64,000 nucleotides of DNA from assembly GCA_951406725.2 (NCBI GenBank), contig OX597814.1, positions 12,462,001-12,526,000 on the forward strand, written 5' to 3'. Under the pieces are notes generated by a model that saw only the letters and a program-made list of their open reading frames with translations, searched no databases and had not been told where the DNA came from. Source of the stretch: Octopus vulgaris (lineage: Eukaryota). The number at the start of each line of letters is the position of its first letter. Position 1 is the stretch's first letter. This document shows positions 12,050 through 25,968 of the stretch, in pieces. Made by a program: the position numbers and the translations under genes.

Positions 12050-14097
12050 GTTTAGCTTTTGTTTTGTATTTATACAAGTTGACTCCAAGTCTCACCCATA
12101 GAACTTAAGGGATAACAGGTTAGAAACTGGTGTTATGACTAGGGTGCCATATATTTGGTTTTAAACAGTATTGTTCCCGAGAATGTCTGTCAAAACATTA
12201 GTAAATTAGAAAATTGTTTTAAAAGTAATTTGATTATAAGGTGACAGTCTGATGTTAAAATGACACTAAAAGACGTTAGCTGTTATGTACATTTAAAAGC
12301 ATTTTAGATGTACATAACATGTAATTCCAAGCGGAGTAGGGTTTCATCTCTCACGTTGGCTGTTCTTGATCGGAATTCATGATCAGTCACAAGTCCATTT
12401 TTGTTAAATCCGTCTGCATTAGCAGCATACTGTAGCAGGTCTTGATTGCTGTTTACCAAATATTCTGCCATGTTTCTTCTTTCACTGTTGATGCACACGT
12501 ATACGTTAATCGGTGGAGGCGCAATGGCCCAGTGGTTAGGGCAGCGGACTCGCGGTCATAGGATCGCGGTTTCGATTCCCAGACCGGGCGTTGTGAGTGT
12601 TTATTGAGCGAAAACACCTAAAGCTCCACGAGGCTCCGGCAGGGGATGGTGGTGATCCCTGCTGTACTCTTTCACCACAACTTTCTCTCAATCTTACTTC
12701 CTGTTTCTGTTGTACCTGTATTTCAAAGGGCCGGCCTTGTCACTCTCTGTGTCACGCTGAATATCTCCGAGAACTACGTTAAGGGTTTACACGTGTCTGT
12801 GGAGTGCTCAGTTACTTACACGTTAATTTCACGAGCAGGCTGTTCCGTTGATTCGGATCAACCGGAACACTCGTCGTCGTAACCGACGGAGTGCTTCCAT
12901 ACGTTAATCAGTTCGTGTCCACTTTAACCCCTCTCCATGTAGAGCCTGTGTACATTCGCCTTAGGCTGGAGAGTACCATACATTGTCATTGTCTTTCGAG
13001 TAGTGCGATCGAGTTGGTTAATCTCCGCTTGAGTCCATTTCAGGGTGGGTGCACTATAGGGGACTGCAGCAACCGCTCATATGCTGATGACAGTCACAAG
13101 TTTCTTTGAGTTGAGTTTTGATTTCAAGAGAAGTTTAAGGCGCTTGTCTTTAATTTCTTTAGCAAGATATTTTCCAGCTCCAGAATCCAAACTTACTTGT
13201 ACCCATCATCATCGGGGTCTTCCAATATCTTTTTTTGGCAATTCTGTGCCCTTGCAATTTACTCGTTTCCTCGCTTCAAAGTAAGCATCGCACACTTCGA
13301 GAAACCGAGTTCCATCCCTATATCCTTGCTGCACATTTGCACAGTCTCAACCAGCCTTTCCCTGTTTTTGAGAACAGTTTTAAATCATCCATGAAGAAGA
13401 GGTGGCTGAAACGAGGTCCAATATTTCTCAGTTCATAGTGCGTGTTGACTTTGCGTAGGACTACAGAAAGTGGGATCAAGGCTATAAACAAATAACAGAG
13501 GTGAATAAGAGTCTCCTTGGAAGATAACTGTTTTGATTGTTACTTCGGGTAAGTGCTAGTTGTTACAGAAAAGACGTATTTTCCAACTAGGCATGCTGTT
13601 CGTAATCAGTGCACACACGTTCTCAGCTATTCCACGCATGTCGAGTGTTTCCAAAATCCACGAATGCGGCAACATTTCGTAAGCCTTTTTGAAGTCTATC
13701 CAGGTCATGCATAAGATTTTTTTTGATATCGTTTACCGTTCTTCTTGATAACCTTGTATATCACAAATTGGTCTTTGGTGTTCTTGAATTCTTTTCGGCA
13801 TCCCTTTTGTTCTACTGGCAGTAGATTATTTCTCGCAAGGAACGTATATATTTTCCTTGCGAGGATACCTGTTAATACTTTCCATTGAAAGTTAAGACAA
13901 GCAATAAGTCGGTATGGCCAACCTCATTGCCCTTTGACCGATCTTTCCTTAACAATGTTGCTTTTCTCTCTACCATCCATTCCAGAACTGCACCGTTCTG
14001 TAGACAATTGTCTAATTGCAACGCAGTTCTCTAGTGTGTTGACTTAAACCACTTGAGCTAGTAGCATTGAATTCCGCCTGGTCCTGATGATTTCCAT
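12048..14097 (-). mobile_element. Older, degenerate R4/Dong-type RT element with internal deletion, interrupted by SINE B
   Basis: Minus-strand motifs GPGGI, EQKGCRK, WIDFKKAY, PHSW, FQGDSYSPLLF; many stops; 3' end abuts (TAT)n at 11963-12047. Confidence 0.8.
12512..12898 (+). mobile_element. SINE family B with 11-bp TSD
   Basis: TSD ATACGTTAATC at 12501-12511 and 12899-12909; near-identical to 9726-10110. Confidence 0.93.
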
Positions 14098-16577
14098 ATT
14101 ACTATCTATATCGTCATTATTTTATTTTTTGAGTGCGTGTGATATTTAGATCACTTTTGCTAGCGTTCAGAGTTTAATTTCCGCCAAATTCCTTCTGGGT
14201 CGATAAAATAAATTTCAGTCAAGTATTGGCGTTTATGTAGTAAAACATTCCATCTTATGAAAATTATGTCAGAAATCACCATTATAGCTTGCAGCAATTA
14301 ACTAATATCTCTTAACATTCTACCTTCAAATCTCACCGGAGTTAATTGGTTTCGTTATGAGAAGTTTTGCAAGGAATAGTGTACTAAAAGCAATATAGTA
14401 CATTATTGGAAATTTTCTTATTGGCTTTGTTTCAGTGTTATAAATCAATTTTTAGGCTAGAAATCAAAATGATGATGTTAGAAATTATTATTGAAGATCA
14501 TAATAATAATTATTAATGTGGTTGTGGGTTACAGACTCGTTAGTATGTCTCACTTAAGTTTTTGTTTCCCTGTGTGAGTATTTATCTCGCTAACTGTGCG
14601 GGGTTCGCATTTGCGTTGATCAATATTCATTTGACGAAATGTGGCACCAAGAGACGCTGCGATCCGTTTGTTAGCCGTGTCCCGAAGCTTCCGTTTCCTG
14701 TCTCGCTGATGCTGGAGATGGAAAGCAGAATTTGAAAAAGAAAAAAAAATAGAATGCAAACAACTAGAAAAGATACTGCAACGCATCATGTATGACGCTC
14801 TATTCCTGCCAATCCACTCTAAACTCATAATTTAATTAGCGATCTTGAAATGATAAAAGACTCAATTTTATTCTTCGGGATTCGAAGTGAGAGCGCTGGG
14901 AGCCAGGATAAATGCTGTAATTGCATTCTGTCCGATATTCAAAAAACTCTGCCTGTTTGTATATTAGATTTAGTCGAATACACCTCTGCGCGTTAGACTT
15001 ATTTTACGTTCTTGGTTCATATCCATGGAAAACTTTGCTTTTCACCTGTTTGACGATTCATAAAATAAGTACTATATTATCTAAGGGTTGACATAGTCGA
15101 CTGGAACTTTGAACTCAAAATCGTTTAGATAGGTCTATATTCGTATTTATTCAATTATTGTGAAACTTATTTGTTTTCCATTCTTTCGGTATTCATATTA
15201 TAAGAAATTTGTGTAACTTATTATTAATCGAATCAGTTATTCATTGAACCAAGTCTCAGTAAGAAAAAACGATTTTTCCACCAAATCCCAACAACAACCA
15301 AAAGAAAGAGATTGTTACCATTCGGTGAAATTCAGTCACTAGTAAAATGGTTGAAAGTAGTGAATTGATACACAGAGACGGGGTCTAATTGTCGTTGAAT
15401 GTGACCATCTGTCGGATATCGGCGAAATAATCTCTTCAAACACGTGTCATTGAGCTAAAGTTAGGAAACAGCCGTAAAAGCTACCTATACTGAATTTAAT
15501 TTCTAAGCGGTTTTCTTAATTTTGTCTCTACATGGTTTGAGTTCGAAACTTACCGCCTAAATCAATTTTTGCATTCCTTCTCTGTTTCAGTATAAGAGAA
15601 TTCATACACGAATCAATTCAATCGATGTTATACACCCGAGGAAGGTTGTCCTAATGTTTAGTCAAAACGAAATCATTGCTTACAACATCAGTTTTGTCTT
15701 CTTGATTTTCAGTTAATTTTCAAATATATTTCTGTTTAACTTTAACTCTTCCATTTGGAAAATTGTAATTTGAGCTTAGAGTTTCATACAGTGAACTGAC
15801 CGTGCTTTTATCGCTGCTCAGCAGATAGCGATCGCTATATAACATAAATTATAGACAAAGAAAAGTCGTTGATTTTATAACTTCCCACTTTACATTCTTG
15901 TGCTTCGTTTAATTAACAATATTAAATCTGGTTGTCATCATACACATTAATATGGTATTTTATCATATAAATGTTGTATCTGGTATTTAGGTTTACCACT
16001 TAAATCTAACCTTACGCATTGATATAAAGAGATATAAAAGGTAGACGCCTGAGTTGATGAAAATTTCTGAATGTAGACGTTTGTTAATTTATAAGCCAAT
16101 AAATGCAAATGAAGGATATTGCAAACTCCAACCCTTTAAATTAAAACACACAAAACACTCACACAGATAGGCCCATACAAAGCCGTAGTATATATTCACT
16201 GTAAAGTAACATCGTTAATTTTGTACGAAATGTGAATAGTTTATATTTAAGTTATATATAAATGGTCTTTGTCTTCCTTCCAATTACAGTACAAATAACA
16301 AATATACGAATGCTTATACATACATACATACATACATACATACATGCATACATACATACATACATACATACATACATACATGCATACATGCATACATACA
16401 TACACACATGCATATATATTTATACATATATGCATGTGTATACATAGGTGTGCGTGTATATATATATATATGTATATATATTGCATGTACAACGTGCTCG
16501 CGTTGTTGCTTTTTTTTCTTGTGCTTTCTTCGTTTTTATTACATACAAATATACCGTGAACAGTATCATAAATATAA

Positions 16578-16625
<48 letters not shown>

Positions 16626-16711
16626 GTTTATTAATGTACACGCATATGATTATTCTCGGTCATGACAAAACACACAGGCATATGTGTGTATAAATATTTA
16701 TGGATATATAT

Positions 16712-16818
<107 letters not shown>

Positions 16819-17808
16819 TAGACAGATAGAGATAGTGCAAATAGAGAACTGATATTCTCGGTTCATTATAATTCATCAACATTCTTATCTATACTTAAGA
16901 GTGTGTAATGTTTGCTTTTTTCTCTGGGAGAGCTTCCAAGTAAAGTGTCTTCATGTTAGATGACAGCTAGGATAAGCATATGGGTCATGTTATGATTACA
17001 CACACACACACACACACTAATATATATGTATATACATGTATGTGTATACTTATATCTATATAATAAATATGCGTGTACATATGCGTATATATATATATAT
17101 ACATAAATACATGCACATTCACTCTTATATGTATATACTAAGTATACAGACACACACACACACATATGTATAAATACACACATATACGTATAATATGTGT
17201 CACGTGGTTAGTGAATATGATTTCGATCATAACGTCGTGATTTCAGTTACTGGACCAGGCGTATTGTGTCTTTGAACAAGGCAGTTAATTTCTTATTGCT
17301 GTAGTCTACTCCACTAGAAGTGAGTAACGGCTCAGCTGGTGCAGTCCTGTTCCTACTATTCACGTAACATCCATGGAGTGCTCGTGATGGAGTTGGAGAG
17401 CCGAGAGAAACTGCGACCATGTAGGCGACTAAAACAGTCAGCGAAAGCTTGGTTATAACATGATATCATACTCGCTTCCACGTGGCACTTGTCAGAGAAT
17501 TATATATATACAAATGTGTGTGTATGTGTATGTGTTGTTGTGCTTATGTCTGTTTGTCTCTCTGCATGTATATATATATATATATAAGTTCAGCAAAATT
17601 TAGATTCAGACGAATATGGTACTTAAGCTAGATGCACCAGAACTTTGTATGGTGCTATCCAAATAACTTAGAGAACTATTCAGTCATAAAATAAGCTCTA
17701 CTACCTCAATGTTCTTAAAATTCAAATCAACATATTTGTCTATATATCTAATTTCTCTATAATGTTATCAATTAAGTTGAAAATTATGTATTAATGGGAA
17801 ACCTCTAT

Positions 17809-17900
17809 TAATGGCTGATGATTGCTCAACATTTTAAAACTGTTTTAATATTTACAATATTGAATAAAATGATGTAGCGTGAAACGATCGTACCAAATTA
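17809..17900 (+). ncRNA. Type-I hammerhead ribozyme motif with long stem II, in a (TA)n-bounded insert (17587-17930)
   Basis: taatgg-CTGATGA-t-tgct..catttta..taaaatg..agcg-t-GAAA-cgatcg-TA-cca(aa)tta; palindromic stem III. Confidence 0.65.
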
Positions 17901-17928
17901 CCGGAGATATTCTTGATGCTTATTTTGA

Positions 17929-17979
<51 letters not shown>

Positions 17980-18149
17980 TGTATGTATATATATATACAT
18001 AAGAGGTTAGCTCAGTTAGAGGTTAAAATATGCGTCTAAGGGATAGAAGTATCCATTATATTAGCGGTATATTATCTATGTTTAACCAGGGACATATATA
18101 TGCAAGCATATTATGCTCATAAATTATAGGTAAAGACAAGGATAAATAG

Positions 18150-18318
18150 TAAAGAAAACAGAAAATGGAGAAATGTGGATGAACAATTGACTTACATCAA
18201 TTATTATTTATTAATTCAATGCAAATAGATTGCAGTCTACTTGTATTGAATTAATAAATAATAATTGATGTAAATCAATTGCTGCTCATCAATATTTCTC
18301 CATTTTCTGTTTTCTTTA
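18150..18318. repeat. Imperfect fold-back inverted repeat (~83-bp arms) ending at (TA)n
   Basis: TAAAGAAAACAGAAAATGGAGAAAT... vs ...ATTTCTCCATTTTCTGTTTTCTTTA, centre ~18233. Confidence 0.9.
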
Positions 18319-18334
18319 TATATATATATATATA

Positions 18335-18391
<57 letters not shown>

Positions 18392-18400
18392 TACTACTAC

Positions 18401-18560
18401 TATTCAAGTCAGTGTATGGAATCGAACTCGGAAGCTTGGGATTAGTAGTTCGCGCACTTAACCACTACGTCAGAAGCCCGTTGGCATATGACGTAGTGGT
18501 TAAAGCGCGGGATACTAACCCCAAGATTCCAAGTTCAATTCGAACCAGTCATCTAAATAA
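18401..18560. mobile_element. Head-to-head pair of short tRNA-derived SINE-like units
   Basis: Right unit GGCATATGACGTAGTGGTTAAAGCGCGGGATACTAACCCCAAGATTCCAAGTTCAATTC has A/B boxes; left unit is its diverged reverse complement; left unit runs into (TAA)n. Confidence 0.7.
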
Positions 18561-18650
18561 TGAGTGAAACATGAGTTTAACCACTGTCTATCTATAGCAC
18601 TTACTTAGCATTCCCCGCCTCTCTTTGGGTCTTCTAGATATCAATACTTT

Positions 18651-18743
<93 letters not shown>

Positions 18744-19445
18744 TGTGTGTGGTAGACAAATCTACCACTCTATTTCATCTTATGTGTGTGTGTATGAGGG
18801 GAGAGATAAACAGAAAGGAAGAAAAGAAAGAAGAGAGCTAGACGGCGAGACAGACATACATATACACTCGCATACGCAGAAGAAAGCGATGAAAAAAGAG
18901 ATATGACAACTGAGCTAGGAATATAGATTGATAGAGACATACTGACGCTATAAAGAGAAATATATATAATTGCTCTTTAGATGAGTTGAAAAATTTCCCT
19001 TCGGTATTTTCAAAATGTCTGTTAATGGGTTTCATGTTTGTTATCTCAGAATATTTTAGATGAAAATATATAGCAGACATCACTTAATATACCTTCAAAT
19101 ACTCGAAATACTTCTGGTTATTTTACTGAGTTACACTGCTATCTATTTTAATAAGAAAAGATGAAAGGCAGTCATATGTTTATGTTGCAAATATTACGTA
19201 ACAGAAAGTAAATAAAATATTACAAACTATTTGATTTAGAAATACATCCCTCGGAGAGATATGAGATTATAACAATTGATTTTCCTAACTTTTCCCTGGC
19301 GTGAGGCACATACTCATCATCAACTTGTGAATCAGATAAATCTGCACTTAATGAACATTGTGAAATTAGTACGTTATACATGGATATTTAAATATAGGTT
19401 CGTATACTTGTGATGAAATACTCTCACATTCACACTCACACAATC

Positions 19446-19513
<68 letters not shown>

Positions 19514-19515
<2 letters not shown>

Positions 19516-19865
19516 TTAATAATATCAGGGTAATACAGATTTTAGAAATTTTTACTACCAGTGGGCCAGCGTGTAGAAAAATTAGTCAAGAGACTATATA
19601 TTATTCATATAAATACAGTGTACATTTAAACACATAAGAGGTATCTGTCATTGGTATCCTGGCACGCTAGAAGGAACAGCCAAAGTCCAAACCATTATTA
19701 GGGATAAAAACTTCGAAGGGAATGCAAAATAAAAATACTATCTATCTCCTGGACCATTTTTCATTCCCTTCGAAGTTTTTATCCCTATTAGGGGTTTGGC
19801 TGTCTCTTCTAGCGTGCAGGATTCCTATGACGGATACCTCTTATGTGTTTAAATGTACACTGTAT
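19514..19865 (-). mobile_element. (TA)n-embedded insert with ~110-bp inverted arms (19613-19730 / 19756-19865)
   Basis: ATACAGTGTACATTTAAACACATAAGAGGTATC... inverted at right end; (TA)n on both sides; terminal hairpin motif at 19527-19569. Confidence 0.7.
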
Positions 19866-22800
19866 ATATATATATATATATACATGTGTGTGTGTTTGTG
19901 TGTTTGTGTGTGTATATAAGTATATATTTTTATTTGTATATATAAATAAGTATAAATACACACACATACATACACACATATATACATACATACATACATA
20001 CATACATACATACATACATACATACATACATACATACATACATACATACATACATACATACATGCATAGATATGTGTATGTATGTGCGTGTGCGCGTGTC
20101 TCCATTCTACAGACTGGTACTATTGTCCATAAGCTCTTTTAATAAATGTGAATTAATCATAACTCAGAAATCCAGCTTTCTTAAATTATACAGATGTATT
20201 AATTGCTGACTGCACCTATGTGCATCTCATTAATTATTTCCTTATGTGTACTTGTGATCTGGGAATTAAAAATTGCAATGCCTTTTTAAACGAGAAACTC
20301 CAAAGAAAATTTTCTAACTTCTGCTTGAGATGTAAAATGAACTTCGGGTTACTCCCTACCCCCGCAGCAACAATGTCAATGATCTGAACTCCCAGACAGC
20401 AATAGTAAACAAACTTTGCAAGTTAATTATTATCTTCAAAATGGTACCTTAGGTTAAAGTGAATTATTCATGAATTTTGAAATCTAAATAATAATCACGG
20501 GACACTTAATTAAGTGGAAAATATTTCGGAGCAATTTCTAGAAATTTAATTAGATAATTGAAATATTCTAAGGAAGGATAGTGCAAACTCATTTAAGAAT
20601 TAATGTAACAGAAAAAATAACTTATAATGACGTAGTTCAAATGTATTAGTTACGTTTTGCCTAAGTACAATGGTACAATCGCGTATATTTTATAATGGAG
20701 GAGAAATAGCGCTGTGAATATCTAATAACTGCGGGTTTCACACACTCTCGCTTTGCATTCATGCTATTACTTAGCTTGCAATTCTTATAGAATTTATTAT
20801 GTCACCACACAGTCAAGTGAGGACGGTGGAATGAGATGTTTCGTTCTGTTACAGCCACTGCATAATAATCGCAGTCAAGGTGCTTAACGACCGGCATAAG
20901 CTGCAGTAGAGTTCAGAAATATCAAGGTCTATTTTATTCTGCACTTCCTTTACTTTATACAATAGAACCGACCTTGTTGATGGCAATGGTACCAAATTTG
21001 TAATAGGAAATTTCTGCCTTCATATACGCAAATCTGCCTAACAGATTCGATTTTACCGTGATTCAGATTCAGATAGGAACCAGAAAAAGTATTAATAAAT
21101 GTTCAATGTATTTTTTTACATATTTATCCGCATCTGCTAGATGTTACCTAAGCTCATAACATGCGAGATTTAAATTCAGTCAATAAAATGTATGTAACTA
21201 AATTTACTAAGTCATTATTTTCTTTGTTTTACCTTATTGCCAACTTATCATCATATAGGTGTCGTACGAGTCAATATGCGGGATTCTACTTAATCAGTCA
21301 TCTGCAACAGAAAGCAAAAATCCCACTAAAAATACAACCTACCACCTTGAAAGGGAAAACATATTCAATAATGTAGTTGTAAACACAATACCCCTCCCCC
21401 CAAAAAAAAAGACGGGATGGTCATAGATGGAAAGCCTTTAATCATAGAGCTCTGCATAACCATGACTCGCCTGAAGTTAAACAGCACCAACAGTAATTTT
21501 TTGCTATAGATTATCTATAGAAAATGATTTTATATATTGGTATGAAGCCAAAAGCTTTATTTTTCTTAGAATAGAAAAAAAATTGGTTGTTGATGCCTTT
21601 CCTAAAGGTACCATGAACATAAGTGAACTGAAATTACTATATCTGTGGATTTGACTTATGTAAAGAGCTAGTATATAGCACTTGCAAATGTATATGTAAA
21701 TAATACGATTGTTTAGAGCGGGTGAGGTTCTATTGAGTGTAGGGCAGGTGGGATTCTTAAGATTTATGTCTCCATAGTCCGCTTGCGTTAACCTCTGAAA
21801 TAAGTTCCTTTCCCTCATGGTTGGCAATGACATTCTTTACGAATATATCAAGACATTACCTAGTAGATAGCTTATTCATCATAATATATTCTTAAATGTT
21901 TAACTGATGTCTGTCTATTTATTTTGGCTTATGTTGTGCAAATATGAAAATAAAGAAAAAAACAGCAAAAAATATATGTAAAAGAAACATCATACAAATT
22001 CCTGTTATTGTCCAAGGACTAGAAAATATAACCCATGAGGCAGAAATTCCAGAATGTTCCATTTTAATGCTCTTGTAAAAGCAAAATCTGTGTCGATATT
22101 ATTCGGTGGATTTAGACTGAATGTTTGTTTTATCACTTTTTTTTATCTTTTCAAGCAGGCACAGGAAATTGACTCATAAGTTAAACACCTAAAAACTTTG
22201 GTTCCTAACGGTAAGCTATTAGTATCGCTGACTATTTGTGTTCATCCCCTGCTGATGTAGAGAAAATCAAGGTGTATGGTAAGGTTTCAGGGCCTCTGTT
22301 TCACTGGTTACACACACACACATATAACATACACTCAGAATTAGCGATAGAATTATAAAAATACTCATTGACAAACATTTATAATGCTTATCCCCTAATG
22401 GCTTAATGCGCTTCGTTTAACAGATATGAACATATAACTTAGCTTTCTATAATTAGGTATATTATCATTAAAAGTCATAGTTTCTGTAGACCATTGAATT
22501 AATGTCTTCATTAAATCATTCATTTGCTTAGAACCCGCTTACTGAAAGTATGCAGACAATTATAACAAGCGGTTATCAGTTCGGATTTCCTCTTATACTA
22601 TTTTTTCTAAGAAGGATGTCTCTAGGAAATAATTTTCTTATATTCATGTGCCCTGCGATAAAAGTGAGATAGAGGTGAGTGATGCTCAATAAGAAGCATG
22701 GTTTACTCCTGATAATGCGTTGACATTCTCAATGTGTAGGCTTCTCAATGGCAAGTACTCAGAGTACTTCAAATTAGCAGACCATATACATGGGTGTGTG

Positions 22801-22985
22801 GTGAAAGGATTCGCTTCCTCTGAGTGTATTTCCGAGTTCAATTCCACCATACGACAAATTTACAAGTGTCTTCTGACTTCCGGTTGATAAATAACTGGCG
22901 AATGAATTTAGTGGCCAGAAACTATGCAGTGGTCTATCATGTGCAAACACATACACACATGCACGCACGCACGCGCAGATACACA

Positions 22986-23054
<69 letters not shown>

Positions 23055-23995
23055 AACAAACAAGTGTGAAAAGTATAGTGAACCCATTGATTGTTTCGCT
23101 TGAAAACTACGAGTAACATCGCTTTTGTTCATAAACCGTGACATAAAATCTTTTGAAAATGCCAATCGACATAAAAGCCCAAGTGATTATTTTCTTCATT
23201 GTCTTTTGGGTATTTCTACAAGATTAGCTGAAATAAATGACAAAGGAAACGAATGCAGACAGTCACGTTAGACTCACCCACACACTACTGTGTACAACAG
23301 AGTGAGATAAATACTATAAAGCGAACAAGCGGCAGGAATATTTGCGCCACCACTTAGAGAAGAAGGCACTCAGCACGGAATGTAATCAATCAGTGGAAAG
23401 AAAAGATGAATCTATTAAAATCATTAAGGCGGAAACCGATGGAAGATACAAGACAAAATCGTAATCGGAACAGTGGAGGAACGAGAGAAAGAGAAAAATA
23501 GATTAATAGGGAATCATGAACATAACGATATAGAGACATCTACAAGCAGATGTTCTATTGACAATTACATATTAATCGTGCAGTTGCCATCTAACTTTCA
23601 CCGACTATTTGCATTTTGCCGAAATATTGGCAGGTCACTCAATAATTTCTTCAATAATTAATAATTTTTTTTTAGAAAAGGATATAGAAACTTTTATCTT
23701 TTGTTAAAATAATATATTAACTTGCGTAATTAAAAATTAAAAAAAGCTACTGTAGTGAAAGCTTTGCGTTTAGAGAAAGGCAAATTACATTTTCTAATTA
23801 AAACTTTAAAAACGCTAGGGGATGTTTGCCTTTGTTGATCTTAGTAGAACAGCGAATTGCATTGACTTTGAGTTAGAGAACGAAGATTATGGAGGACAAA
23901 GAAACTTCATAGATTCAAGCGTCTTGACAAAAGATGTTGTAACCACAGCATTTTATATATTTTTATATCAATTTTTTTTTATTCTGCATAATAGC

Positions 23996-24164
23996 CGCAG
24001 GAGTGGCTGTGTGGTAAGTAGCTTGCTAACCAACCACATGGTTCCGGGTTCAGTCCCACTGCGTGGCATTTTGGGCAAGTGTCTTCTGCTATAGCCCCGG
24101 GCCGACCAAAGCCTTGTGAGTGGACTTGGTAGACGGAAACTGAAAGAAGCCTGTCGCATATATG

Positions 24165-24201
<37 letters not shown>

Positions 24202-24404
24202 TTGTGAGTCTGTGTTTGTTCCCCTAGCATTGCTTGACAACTGATGCTGGTGTGTTTACGTCCCCGTCACTTAGCAGTTCGGCAAAAGAGACCGATAGAA
24301 TAAGTACTGGGCTTACAAAGAATAAGACCTGGGATCGATTTGCTCGACTAAAGGCGGTGCTCCAGCATGGCCGCAGTCAAATGTCTGTAACAAGTAAAAG
24401 AATA
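23996..24404 (+). mobile_element. SINE family A
   Basis: Near-identical to 6009-6426. Confidence 0.92.
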
Positions 24405-24906
24405 ATTCACTCTATACTTAAATAAATATAGTTAAATACTATCATGTTGGCAGCTGAAGTGCTAGTAAATAAATACAATAAAAAAAGTTTAAAAATTTGA
24501 AATCTCCATGTTCAAGAGTCAAAACAAGGACAAAAGCTGATTCCGATTCGACAATAGGTTACCGTTTGCTCTTTGTGACATTGGCAGAAGCAGAAGCACA
24601 TCAACGTTCATGTAAATGAGCAATACTTATATTATTAATCTTAAAGTGATGGGGCGGGAAGCAGAGTTGTCTTTTACAAGGTTTGAACATCGGTAATATT
24701 AGCGGATCTATACACTGTCTGGCATTCGATTGAGTGGTCCATCGGTTCTAAGATTTAATCATCAATCTTAATTTAATGTATATTGTGAGAATATATAGTT
24801 TCCCGACTAAATATCTTGTTTATGTTATGAATATATAACTACCAAAAAAATTAAGAGAATATATATATATATATAATTAGAAATACTGCATTTCTAAACC
24901 AAGCTA

Positions 24907-24951
24907 CTCAAGATTGACGAAGAGCAGCTACCCTGAAACAAGTCTCTGGAG
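24907..24951 (+). ncRNA. Degenerate type-I hammerhead ribozyme (C3 to U)
   Basis: ctcaaga-TTGACGA-agag cagcta ccct-GAAA-c aa g-TC-tctggag; stem I extends aagc/gctt; lies in an insert between TA-rich tracts (24875-25120). Confidence 0.55.
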
Positions 24952-25169
24952 CAGGCTTTGTTGGACGGAGGTGCTTATCTGCCCTGTTTGAAACGTTAAG
25001 GACACAGAACGCTTGTGCCACGTAGTCAACTAGAAATGGTGTTTCTTGGGGCTATTATATAGCAGTAGCATTCTTCCCTGTCCTGGGACTGTCACATTAA
25101 GCTGGCAACAAACCATCGCTTTATATACATATACATATATCTATATATACATACATAATATGCTATATG

Positions 25170-25242
<73 letters not shown>

Positions 25243-25634
25243 CATATTAGCAGTACTTCCTTAAAATAGCTGGTATGTGTGGCTTATACATATTTGTTCA
25301 GATCCATTACGATACAGTGATTAAACCGGATGTCTGATATTTTCATAACAACACCCAATATATAAAGGCCACTCTTTTCATGCATGGCCGGAGACACTTC
25401 CAGGCATGCAGGTGTGGCTATCTGGATCTCTTCGTCTCATATTTCTGGCCATTTAGTTTCTTAACATGACATAAATTACACCCAGCGTCGGGAATCATAT
25501 CAACCAAGTACGGCTTCCATTGAAATAAGATTGAAAGGAATGGATTGGATTTCTTGAAGGGACGAACGAAAACTTAATAACATGGGCTCACAGAAATAAA
25601 GTAATTTCATATGAATATACGTGTGTGTGTATGT

Positions 25635-25679
<45 letters not shown>

Positions 25680-25802
25680 TATGTTTCGGAAGAAGGTGAT
25701 GAATCACCCCGGTGTTACTCATTGATTCTCTCTGCTTTCAGCCCGTCAAGCGTTAACTAGAGTTACAAAGACCTAGTGAATCATCAGCTTCTTCCGAATA
25801 TA

Positions 25803-25968
<166 letters not shown>

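Noticed and set aside
12512-12590. tRNA-like heads of SINE families A, B and C as tRNA genes
   Set aside because: No acceptor stem; fused to SINE bodies, with TSDs in family B; called as SINEs
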